Below are positions 16,301 through 22,566 of a stretch of DNA of 32,000 bases, one piece after another. Positions within the stretch are counted from its first letter, which is position 1; each line of letters opens with the position of its first letter. The stretch covers positions 14,408 to 46,407 of the forward strand of contig JAUSKK010000042.1 of NCBI GenBank assembly GCA_030649345.1, given 5' to 3'. The notes under the pieces are model-generated. The model was not told the origin of the DNA. It ran no database searches and worked only from the letters and a program-made list of their open reading frames with translations. This DNA is from Candidatus Iainarchaeum sp. GTDB lineage: Archaea; Iainarchaeota; Iainarchaeia; Iainarchaeales; 0-14-0-20-34-12. The translations under genes were made by a program, and so were the position numbers.

Positions 16301-17243
16301 GTCTTAAATTAAACGAAACTGGAACAGTTTGATTTTTGAAATTTTTGGATTCATCGCGATAACCATTCCAAGATTTAATTAAAAAAACACTAATTGGGTC
16401 TTGTTCAACAACTGCTGGTTCAGGAGTAGCTACTGGCTCTCCAGGCAATGGTTCAGAAGAAGGAGCTTCAGGATATAAATCTGCACATGAAAATCCTGTG
16501 GTTTCAAAATTAACTTCCGTTTCACAGGTTTCTTTAGAATAAATACTTGAAAATAAAGAATGTGTAAATAAGCCAATATTTTCCCAGTTAAATTCAGGAG
16601 ACGGATCCCATTTACGGTCGTCAGCTTTTCGCGTACCTGCATTGCATGTTTCATAAAATCCAGCAGAAGGTTCTAATTCATAATGACCGCGAACAAGAGT
16701 ATTGGCAATATTAAATTTATTTTGATAAATTTGCTGGAAATATGTAAATAAAGAATTCAATTGAGCATACTGTTGAACAGTATATTCTTCTCCTTTTCTT
16801 CCAGAATTTTCCAATTCAATTCCAATGGATAATTGTTCCATTGAATCTAAACTTTGCAAATCAGAAACAAATTGAGTATTGTTGGCACACGCAGAAGTAT
16901 TTTGCCCAGAACCTTTTAAATGATCTGCAACTTTTTCTAAATCACAAATATAATGAATGGTTCCATCTTTAGCAATCAAAAGATGAGCAGAAGTTCTATT
17001 TTGTTTAAATAAACGCAAAGAATTTGCAGTATCTGTTCCAGTATGATGCAAGACAACTGTTACTGAATCCGTAAAGTTTGCAGGCGTTCGATTAAATCCT
17101 GCTTTCGGATTAGAACACAAAAATCCTTCGGTTCTATGATCTTGAACATTTAAAACAGAGGGAAGTAAATCAATGGCAAAAATTGAAACAGAAAACAAGA
17201 ACAAAATTGAGAAAACCAATGCCAAGCGAAGAAAAGGTTTCAT
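10386..17243 (-). CDS. Giant secreted multi-domain murein-hydrolase-like protein (2285 aa): signal peptide, Amidase_2, two SLT-like domains, CARDB-like and FN3-like modules
   Basis: 6.9 kb open frame. The track start is GTG at 17261; the first ATG at 17243 gives MKPFLRLALVFSILFLFSVSIFA. See the domain sub-features. Cys occur in close pairs inside modules (YEVYRCAAGITEC, SSCKETNDLLC, VLVCTESSVENC, LCAQIKNPDQEFC, ICAVLVSDPAIKSC). No C-terminal TM segment. Confidence 0.9.
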   Translation of the reverse strand: MKPFLRLALVFSILFLFSVSIFAIDLLPSVLNVQDHRTEGFLCSNPKAGFNRTPANFTDSVTVVLHHTGTDTANSLRLFKQNRTSAHLLIAKDGTIHYICDLEKVADHLKGSGQNTSACANNTQFVSDLQSLDSMEQLSIGIELENSGRKGEEYTVQQYAQLNSLFTYFQQIYQNKFNIANTLVRGHYELEPSAGFYETCNAGTRKADDRKWDPSPEFNWENIGLFTHSLFSSIYSKETCETEVNFETTGFSCADLYPEAPSSEPLPGEPVATPEPAVVEQDPISVFLIKSWNGYRDESKNFKNQTVPVSFNLRQDNLSTQEVFFSSQNGFSEDAKIIVYFSVCENYFGQDCLQAPDEFYVYSTQTQINFSTQGIQVPNFPLVPYPSDTGAGQSVWSYTGRQSMTVSDGLLDYTFSVSKVPLIGFAKYWVANLAKVEMKDPAKLQTIKAEILKNLANQNAQKASATSASAGSGAPAKALDIQLSFTEPIVAGTGFNITTTVKNLTENSVTPQVNLVLKKEGTVRAQLASYEMDTLEAQKQVGVPSSIDLSTLPSVTSGSYELCAQIKNPDQEFCTGPLTVQVAIPPLAIQAVVLAPEIIVPGQKFSMRAQLNSLQSQDIQVKFTINGVDIKKSEATVKAGQEFSEPFWYHGSGLFLLRRSINICAVLVSDPAIKSCSVETATDPATLQSNIVYVDTPDGKVKRLDTVIREIIRSGPFAGGTFTSENVERTWTHASKQVRDLVILHGARLQEEVGTVIRNSGKSLLAGVIKQESNFEKNSANESAGLEPRQQSYGLMHIARLSFNSTHFNGFNIGPVLTERTKQNPEKNMEKGTNFLIAYLSAYPGYKPQQTATVYNKCENTYGLIAGLEEYGITMHEALAVNGYNWGPAGTDCVSYGKGAQKGQKIVQSTAGGDHYYAIRVLAWKVLFENYFKEQERLEQERTVPPQALPVSDMTLSSEWISSGDLSLHWQYDLLLKPQMQTFQILTCDKINASECSLTQIPPEIISDPNALTFGIPASEVKNFYKIQALNSSNQVIAQSSWTIVPVKPLPAFDPRQVLLTLNSSSIPASNQLEEDSEQEFSISIQNNGSVNLENAVIQLNIGSTVVSQELVSVLESTQQHTGPVAKVKLDQGLLTHLYQAPQTPESIEEKGLTQSLTNILICAKVKDYETTIQSCLPAVEIVPKPSPIAELAPEIARLPIQPIDREALANLTIACPASESDLDTVFLDLTRKYPNTDFTALKEKIKANCIKLRDELSRFDFRLNVNRLLNDSMQLTWSKHPQAESYEVYRCAAGITECLDTANFELLSTQTNLVYSDSELSDEDFLPVYYVQAIRYKLHESLGKVREPILASSKVQLAEVPKASMNLRWLDTENLSFDWSTGLPAVLDSSIKSFKLSSCKETNDLLCGSGTQVQLINEPVIRNYSIGLNEAVSVKFYKLFAYNSDQILVAVTEWISVPVVPDFLIPRLSTNTATLYLQFNGSIQSLHSLIETGKTSNQYDYYQAQQAIKYGQAIQKLSESLDNEHVFSNKAKDLIAAMIMVRNPSFDAGKIETHSSPSPEMGNYGLMQLPFYYLNTQAETAKTNPEENLTVGIANLTGNMKLVKNFAESVLPENPCKAILRKQVEGLPGVSFVEVLSIASDQGLGTTPIEHMNCADPNASAHFVLTPYNGNRGAGYLLKVSSDVGGDSLLNYVQNVFGWKQTFSEINFAQPIPLSAEKTDLKVKSFTLIPFPNIAADAFLEARVELENAGSIKFIGEAGVELFADGQSLNISSYLTQPIDISESQTVTLAPGLTGRLKEGQHRICARISGTTEEKCLDVIITADSLKQEISALSLPEEQRALLLGLLDSCPLNLEEQLAAITGNDDVKQKIRERCQTLREQLNDLAFIVKAKRTHSLIVELRWPTVPLANQYSVLVCTESSVENCSDDKLTELTRTTETESVHNSASGNLFYKIQALRVVDSAKIDSDIKETLKVSDFVQAPTQVNSENSSCTVTITNVSELNNLTGKLSQEQELKIQFNSTCDFYNYSIDLWKTAERNWGADRLNLQQFISSPPKAIQANQEQIKTFKYSPTQNVKIGNEIKTLEQALKDYTEPNLWLSVSICPKLGCKPNGSDWTHSSIIELPYEFKQKRQCTSLLQCIQYGNENIIRSLFIERKQASLNITTLNVESIASDPTQFTVSLYWTAWNPEENINYDIWWCHTTPQLTEQDIQALLLRNLKRGQSLRTLNSNVEGACKIENQFLNETDYSFVLPDRTQDYFVKVVASDVRGLVLAETSWRKTGLK
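12117..12749 (-). other. SLT-like domain 2, residues ~1505-1715, with a non-canonical catalytic motif
   Basis: NYGLMQLPFYY is conserved and LLNYVQNVFGWKQTF is collinear with domain 1. The E-S-x-F position reads VRNPSF (12603..12620), so there is no Glu. Confidence 0.5.
14457..15029 (-). other. SLT lytic-transglycosylase-like domain 1, residues ~745-935
   Basis: AGVIKQESNFEKNS (the Glu codon at 14928..14930 checked by hand), SYGLMHIA, ALAVNGYNWGPAGTDC, HYYAIRVLAWKVLF. Confidence 0.7.
16587..17078 (-). other. N-acetylmuramoyl-L-alanine amidase (Amidase_2/PGRP-like) domain, residues ~62-225
   Basis: VVLHHTG (17037..17057 checked by hand), SAHLLIAKDGTIHY, SIGIELENSG, YTVQQYAQLNSLFTYF, VRGHYELEP. 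The order and spacing are typical of AmpD / T7-lysozyme / PGRP zinc amidases. Confidence 0.7.
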
Positions 17244-17251
17244 ATATGATA

Positions 17252-17848
17252 TCACCCACACAAAGCTTTTAATTCGTTCACTTGTTCCTGTGAAGAGATA
17301 ATCAAGTTTTGGAGTATTCTTGTTTCGGTTTGTAAATCCAGTAAGGAAAGCTCAGCAGCTTGCGCAGAATATTGTGTTTCAAATTCATTAATTTTTTGGT
17401 TCAAAGCAAGAGTTTTAGAAAACACTTCTTCGAGTACTGTTTGTCTTTCTTCAAATTTAGAAATATTCACACAAATTTGCTCTGAGCTTATTTCGTCTAA
17501 TTCAAAATTGAGTTTAGCTAAATTTTTTCTAGATTGAGTTTTTTCTGCATTCAATAAATAAATATCCGTTAACATAACAACTGAAGGACTGCTTGAATTT
17601 TGAGTTTTATAGGTTTGCAGAGATTGGATTAATTTAGTTAAACCAGAATCTTGTACTTGAATTAAGTCAAAATCAGTTAGTACAAATTCTATTTGGTTTT
17701 CAGAATAAAAAAACGCAATCTTTGCTTGAGTTTCTGTAATGGATTTAGGTTGAATGCCAGAAAAAAGAGTGGAAAGATACGGAAATGCTAAATACAAAAT
17801 TCCAATAAGAACTAAAACAAGGATTAGGTTTTTCCAGCGGTTTTCCAA
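17252..17848 (-). CDS. Membrane-anchored coiled-coil protein, paralog B (198 aa)
   Basis: N-terminal TM segment (LILVLVLIGILYLAFPYL), then a helical Gln/Leu/Glu-rich region. Two Cys (EQICVN and the C-terminal KALCG). Only a TTG start is available at 17848. The stop is 8 nt before the ATG of the 2285-aa gene. Confidence 0.75.
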   Translation of the reverse strand: MENRWKNLILVLVLIGILYLAFPYLSTLFSGIQPKSITETQAKIAFFYSENQIEFVLTDFDLIQVQDSGLTKLIQSLQTYKTQNSSSPSVVMLTDIYLLNAEKTQSRKNLAKLNFELDEISSEQICVNISKFEERQTVLEEVFSKTLALNQKINEFETQYSAQAAELSLLDLQTETRILQNLIISSQEQVNELKALCG

Positions 17849-17904
17849 AATATCACTACATATAATACTTAAATGAAATAAATAAAGGTTTGGGTTGGTT
17901 TACA

Positions 17905-18318
17905 CTACTTAAATGGGTTAATAACTTCAATTCCGGAAAATTGGTTAAAATCTTTTTCATTTTCAGTAAATATTTTTGTAACACCCTGTTCTAACATAGT
18001 AAAATAAATCAATAAATCCCAAAAATCATGCTTAGGGTTATCTTTTTGAATAACATTCCAAACAGTATTCTCAGAATATGAAATTTTAATCCAGTTGGAA
18101 GACTTAAGAACAGCCAATGCAACCAATTTTGCATTTTCAAGCTGTTCCATGGTTAATTTGCGTTTGCACAGATAATAAAATTCAGAAACATTCTGAGTTG
18201 AAATATAAGCATTTTCTTTAAAGCCTTTTTTTACAAGCTCTTTGGCAATTTTATGCTTTCGAGAATCCGAATTATCCAGAGCATAAAACAAAATATTGGT
18301 ATCAATGAGTGCGTTCAT
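17905..18318 (-). CDS. vapC: PIN-domain ribonuclease toxin VapC
   Basis: MNALIDTNILFYAL, NVSEFYY, FWDLLIYF, FTENEKDF. The ATG at 18318 is preferred over the track GTG at 18327. 17-nt overlap with the upstream RHH gene. Confidence 0.85.
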   Translation of the reverse strand: MNALIDTNILFYALDNSDSRKHKIAKELVKKGFKENAYISTQNVSEFYYLCKRKLTMEQLENAKLVALAVLKSSNWIKISYSENTVWNVIQKDNPKHDFWDLLIYFTMLEQGVTKIFTENEKDFNQFSGIEVINPFK

Positions 18319-18541
18319 GAAGTTCACTTCGAGTTTTGTATCGCAAATTTGAAACTTTCATTCCTTTTTCAATTACAGACAAAGCTTGGTCAATTACAGT
18401 GTCTTTTTCATTTAACCAGACAGAAAAGGCTTCGCTTACAGCTTTAGCCAAATAACCTTTCTTTTTGCCGTATTTTTCTTCCGCTTTTTTTCTAAATTGG
18501 TCAGCTAACTCTTCAGATATATTCAAAGTAATCGTATGCAT
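18302..18541 (-). CDS. vapB: Ribbon-helix-helix (CopG/VapB-type) antitoxin
   Basis: MHTITLNISEELADQFRKKAEEKYGKKKGYLAKAVSEAFSVWL fits a beta-strand plus two helices RHH pattern. It lies directly upstream of the PIN gene and overlaps it. Confidence 0.75.
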   Translation of the reverse strand: MHTITLNISEELADQFRKKAEEKYGKKKGYLAKAVSEAFSVWLNEKDTVIDQALSVIEKGMKVSNLRYKTRSELHERTH

Positions 18542-18597
18542 GATAAATTTACATCAAACAAATATTTAAATGTATCTTTTTTGTAAATTAATCAGAT

Positions 18598-20511
18598 CTA
18601 ATTAAACTTAAAGTTTTCAATCAATTTTTCAGGTTCTAAGGTTTCAATAAAAGAAATGTCTTTCGGCAGGCAAGTTTTGTAGTTTTTCCAAGTATAGCGT
18701 TCATCCAAGAAAACAATGACACCGCGGTCTTTTTCTGAACGAATCACTCGGCCGGCAGATTGAAGAGCTCGGACAATGGCAGGATACAAGTAAGCATATT
18801 TCCAGCCGGAGCCAAATTTATCTTCATAATAGTCAATCAAGCATTGAACTTCCAAAGACAATTCTTGCAAGGGAACGCCTACAACAATGGCACCCAATAA
18901 ATCATATCCCGGAAAATCAATGCCTTCACTTAAGCTTCCGTTGGCGCAGGCAAACAATAAAGCTCCTTGTTTTTGAGAACAATTTCGAAACGCGTTCAAT
19001 AATTCTGATTTCTCCGAAGAAGACATATTTTCTTTTTGAACCAAAATTTTTTTTCGATTAATGGAAGGAAATTGAGCTAAGACAGTATTCAAAAAATTAA
19101 AGGAAGGAAAAAATACCGCAGTATTTCCTGGAATTTTTTCTGCAATAGAGAAAATTTTTTCAGCAAACAAAACATACTGGGAAAGAGTACGCTGGGAATA
19201 CCGTGAAGAAAGATTGGGCACAATTAAATGCAATGCATTTTCTTTGGGAAAATCACCAGAATATTCTTGGCATACTGTATTTTCAGGATCTAAACCTAAA
19301 ACATCGGCATACATTTGCGTAGGCAGTAAAGTTCCGGACATTAAAATAGTTGAATGAACTTTGGAAAAAATATTTTCAGAAATCGTGCGGGGATCCAAAG
19401 CACGCACTTGAAGGCTGGTAGAACGATTGGGGTGTTTTTTCAAAACACGAATCACGGATGGCTCGTCCGTAAACCATTTTTCCAAAAATTGGGCAATGGT
19501 TAACAAAGAAGAATAACCTTGATTTACAGTTTCCATATATTCGATGCTTTGCATCCGCAATTCTTCGGCCAATAATTTCAAATCCAGTTCACCGGAAATA
19601 AATTCAGAAAATTCAATTGGAGTAATTAAAGATTCATTGGCTGGAGAAATAATTTTTTTTGCAGACAAAGATTCCAAGCAAATAATTAATTTTCGCAAAT
19701 CTTGAATTAAAAGAGAATGATTTAATTTTTCAAGTTCAAGAATGCCGCGATCCAGTAAAGAAGTGCTTAAACTTTGGCTTAACAATTTACGAATCCGGTC
19801 CGGCAAATTATGGGCTTCGTCTACAATCAAAATACAGTCTTCTAACTTAACATTTAATCGAGCCAATAAAACTCTTTGAATTTCCGGATTAAAAATATGG
19901 TAATAGTCTGCTACCAAAACTTGGGCTTTTTTTCCAAGATCCAAAGCAACTTCATACGGACACAAAGGTTTGAGTTCTTCTCCGACCCGAAAATTTTTAG
20001 CTTTATGTTTGATGTCCAAATGACGGGCAGTACTTGAAAATCGTTTTTTGATTTGAGTTAAATGTTCACGTGCTTGAAGTATTTGATTTTTAGAATAACC
20101 TGTAGAATTTCCGTACATTTCGCATTGTTCTTTTTCGCGTACTTTTTTGCACAATTCATAAAATCCTTGTTCTGCAGTTTTAATCAAAGGATGAATGCAC
20201 ATATACTTTCGGCCTACCAAATCAACAGCCTTCAAATTCAAATCAAATTTTAAAGACAAATCTTCGCAGACTTGCAAGGCAATTTCATGCTGAGAAATTT
20301 TGGGAGTTAAAAATAAAACTTTTTTATTGTTCTGCAAAGCATACGAAATCGCCGGACTTAAAGCAGCGTCTGTCTTTCCCAAGCCTACCGAAGCATGGGC
20401 CACCAAATTTTGGCCAGAATGTAAAACTTGCGCAATATCTTGAATCAATTTTTTTTGAGGTTTTCGGACTTGATCAAAACGAAAATATACTTTTTCAGGA
20501 ATCGAAGACAT
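18598..20511 (-). CDS. xpd: XPD/Rad3-family ATP-dependent 5'-3' DNA helicase with Fe-S domain
   Basis: Walker A AHASVGLGKTDAAL. DEAH box LIVDEAHNLPD. Four Cys between motifs I and II (YMCIHP, ELCKKVREKEQCEMYG, LCPYEVA). C-terminal QSAGRVIRSEKDRG motif VI. Confidence 0.9.
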   Translation of the reverse strand: MSSIPEKVYFRFDQVRKPQKKLIQDIAQVLHSGQNLVAHASVGLGKTDAALSPAISYALQNNKKVLFLTPKISQHEIALQVCEDLSLKFDLNLKAVDLVGRKYMCIHPLIKTAEQGFYELCKKVREKEQCEMYGNSTGYSKNQILQAREHLTQIKKRFSSTARHLDIKHKAKNFRVGEELKPLCPYEVALDLGKKAQVLVADYYHIFNPEIQRVLLARLNVKLEDCILIVDEAHNLPDRIRKLLSQSLSTSLLDRGILELEKLNHSLLIQDLRKLIICLESLSAKKIISPANESLITPIEFSEFISGELDLKLLAEELRMQSIEYMETVNQGYSSLLTIAQFLEKWFTDEPSVIRVLKKHPNRSTSLQVRALDPRTISENIFSKVHSTILMSGTLLPTQMYADVLGLDPENTVCQEYSGDFPKENALHLIVPNLSSRYSQRTLSQYVLFAEKIFSIAEKIPGNTAVFFPSFNFLNTVLAQFPSINRKKILVQKENMSSSEKSELLNAFRNCSQKQGALLFACANGSLSEGIDFPGYDLLGAIVVGVPLQELSLEVQCLIDYYEDKFGSGWKYAYLYPAIVRALQSAGRVIRSEKDRGVIVFLDERYTWKNYKTCLPKDISFIETLEPEKLIENFKFN

Positions 20512-20635
20512 ACATCAAGAAAGGAAAAAATAGTTTAAAAAGCAAAGGTAAGTAAATTTCTGGTTTTTCCGCTGAAAACAGCACGAATTTAAACAGAACG
20601 GAATTCAAAATTACTTGCTAAGAGGATGTGGTTGA

Positions 20636-20941
20636 ATGACATTTGGAGTATATGAAACTGAAACGCTTATTCGATTGCGCAAAAAAATGGAAAAACACGA
20701 AATTGAATGGATGGAAAAAGTAAAGCGAGAAATTAAAGAAAACCCGTTTACTGGAAAACCGCTTCAAGTACCTTGGTTCAGGGAAAAAAAGTTCGAAGGC
20801 AAAAGATTGTATTATTTAATTTATGAAAATCTAGGCAAAATTTTGTTAGTCCGATTTGCGGGGAAAAAAGAGCAGCAAGAAATTATTAATTTTATACTTA
20901 AAAACAAAAAAGAATTCGAAAAAGAAATGGCAAAAATTTAG
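20636..20941 (+). CDS. RelE/ParE-superfamily toxin-like protein
   Basis: IKENPFTGKPLQVPWFREKKFEGKRLYYLIYENLGKILLVRFAGKKEQQ resembles RelE-fold toxins (..nP..G.pL......r.kr.g.yRliY.......i.l......K.). Confidence 0.55.
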   Translation: MTFGVYETETLIRLRKKMEKHEIEWMEKVKREIKENPFTGKPLQVPWFREKKFEGKRLYYLIYENLGKILLVRFAGKKEQQEIINFILKNKKEFEKEMAKI

Positions 20942-21171
20942 GCCACTTTTCGAATACGCCCAGCTTTCAAATCTTTTAAACTTTGTTTGACTTGAAGCAA
21001 TCCACTTTTTGAAAGCTCTTGGACAGTGGGCTCAACCAAATTCAAATCCAGCAATTTTTCCCGGATTACACTTCGAATGAATTCTGTTTGTGTCCCATAA
21101 TGAAACTTTTTAATAGCTTTGCTCAAATGACGTGCCATATCTTCAGGTATTTTGAACGTAACTGTTTTCAT
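20938..21171 (-). CDS. Ribbon-helix-helix (CopG-like) DNA-binding protein (77 aa)
   Basis: The ATG at 21171 gives MKTVTFKIPEDMARHLSKAIKKFHYGTQTEFIRSVIREKL (RHH pattern). The track ORF to 21276 is an N-terminal over-extension. Its stop overlaps the stop of the convergent RelE-like gene (TTAG at 20938..20941). Confidence 0.65.
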   Translation of the reverse strand: MKTVTFKIPEDMARHLSKAIKKFHYGTQTEFIRSVIREKLLDLNLVEPTVQELSKSGLLQVKQSLKDLKAGRIRKVA

Positions 21172-21200
21172 AGTAATACATAGTAATACAAAGTAATATA
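21171..21200. repeat. Three tandem 10-bp units (tagtaataca, tagtaataca, aagtaatata) in a divergent promoter region; candidate operator
   Basis: Two perfect copies plus one 8/10 copy. The array starts at the last base of the RHH start codon and ends 41 nt upstream of the ATPase ATG. Confidence 0.6.
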
Positions 21201-21240
21201 AAGATTTAGGTGGAAAAATTACTTGCTGAGAGAGGAATGT

Positions 21241-22566
21241 ATGGTTGAAAAAACAGAAGAAACAAAAGTTGCACAAATTCTTGGATGGTGCTTGGTTGCT
21301 GGAAAAGAAAAAGAATATTGTTTACAGTTCCCTAAACTGTCTGTAGAAGAAAGTTTATTGGTTTCAGAAACTTTGCAGGAATATTCTGCAAGTCCTGAAA
21401 AAAAGAATGAAAAAAGTCTGAAGGCTATTTTAGAAACAGTTTGTGAAAAAAAAGAACTAATTTTAGGAAAAGAACAAAAACAGTATTTGGTTTACGTTTT
21501 GGAAAATTCCGCCCATAGATTTGGGCCTTTAAGTGAATTATTGGAAGACAATAATTTAGAGGAAATTTCAGGAATTGGTTTGGGATTAAATAATTCGGTG
21601 CGTGTTTTTCATTTCCGAAACGGCTGGATGAAAACCAATTTATGTTTGGTCAACGAAGAATGGGTTAAAGAATGCATTAACAAAATGGCTCGGCCGGTTG
21701 GACGAAGATTAAGCTTTAAAACGCCTAAAATCAATGCAGTTTTAGGAAATGGATTCAGGCTCAATGCCAGCATGAAACCTGTAGCATTTAGTGGAATTAA
21801 TTTTACGATTCGGAGATTCCGAAATCAAAGTTTAGCTGCTTTGGATTTGGTTAAACTTAAAGTATTGAATATGCGCATGCTGTCTTTTTTGAAATTAGCC
21901 ATTGAATGCGAAGCCAGTATACTGGTTGCCGGAAACACAGGCAGTGGAAAAACCAGTACTTTGAATGCTTTGTTTGAATTTATGCCAGAAGAAGAACGCT
22001 TAATTTTATTGGAAGAAACACCTGAACTTAGCATTCATAAAGCACATATTATTCGATTGATGGTAGAAGAAGAACAAGGAATTGAATTGAATGAATTAAT
22101 TTCTGAAACTTTAAGAATGAGACCAGACAGAATTATTGTCGGAGAATTAAGAACAGCTAAAGACGTACAAGCATTTTTGAATACTTTACAGGCAGGACAA
22201 GGAAAAGGAAGCTATGCTACATTTCATGCAGTGAATGCCGCAGAAGCTGTAAAACGAATGAATAATTTGGGAGCCGAAAAATACGATATTGCCAGCCTGG
22301 ATTTGCTGTTGATTCAAAGAAGATGGAGTCATTCCAAAGAAAACCATCAGCCGATTCGAAAAATTACTGAAATTGCAGAATTAGACGAAGACGGAAATGT
22401 GCGCATTTTATTTGAGTTTGATTTTGAAAAAAATGAATGGATTGAACAAGAAAAAAGCCAGCGGATTGCAAAAAAGGTAGGACAATGTTTAGGCTGTTCA
22501 GAAAAAGAATTTGCACAAATCTGGAAAAACGAAGAGGAACAATTATGGAAAAATTGGAAAAACTAA
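21241..22566 (+). CDS. Type II/IV secretion-family ATPase (FlaI/TadA/VirB11-like), type IV filament assembly ATPase
   Basis: Walker A VAGNTGSGKTSTLNAL. Asp box ERLILLEETPEL. Walker B RPDRIIVGELR. His box GSYATFHA. The ATG at 21241 (preceded by GAGAGAGG) is preferred over the track TTG at 21223. Confidence 0.9.
   Translation: MVEKTEETKVAQILGWCLVAGKEKEYCLQFPKLSVEESLLVSETLQEYSASPEKKNEKSLKAILETVCEKKELILGKEQKQYLVYVLENSAHRFGPLSELLEDNNLEEISGIGLGLNNSVRVFHFRNGWMKTNLCLVNEEWVKECINKMARPVGRRLSFKTPKINAVLGNGFRLNASMKPVAFSGINFTIRRFRNQSLAALDLVKLKVLNMRMLSFLKLAIECEASILVAGNTGSGKTSTLNALFEFMPEEERLILLEETPELSIHKAHIIRLMVEEEQGIELNELISETLRMRPDRIIVGELRTAKDVQAFLNTLQAGQGKGSYATFHAVNAAEAVKRMNNLGAEKYDIASLDLLLIQRRWSHSKENHQPIRKITEIAELDEDGNVRILFEFDFEKNEWIEQEKSQRIAKKVGQCLGCSEKEFAQIWKNEEEQLWKNWKN

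Noticed and set aside
18545-18589. 8-bp inverted repeat aatttaca ... tgtaaatt between the XPD stop and the vapB start.
   Set aside because: The arms are short and AT-only, separated by about 30 nt. This is expected by chance in this composition, and I cannot distinguish an operator or terminator from background without statistics.
20512-20635. The strand switch at the XPD / RelE-like divergent gap, considered as a possible replication origin.
   Set aside because: There are no ORB-like repeats, no adjacent cdc6/orc1 gene and no extended AT-rich unwinding element beyond ordinary promoter sequence. It is a plain divergent promoter region.
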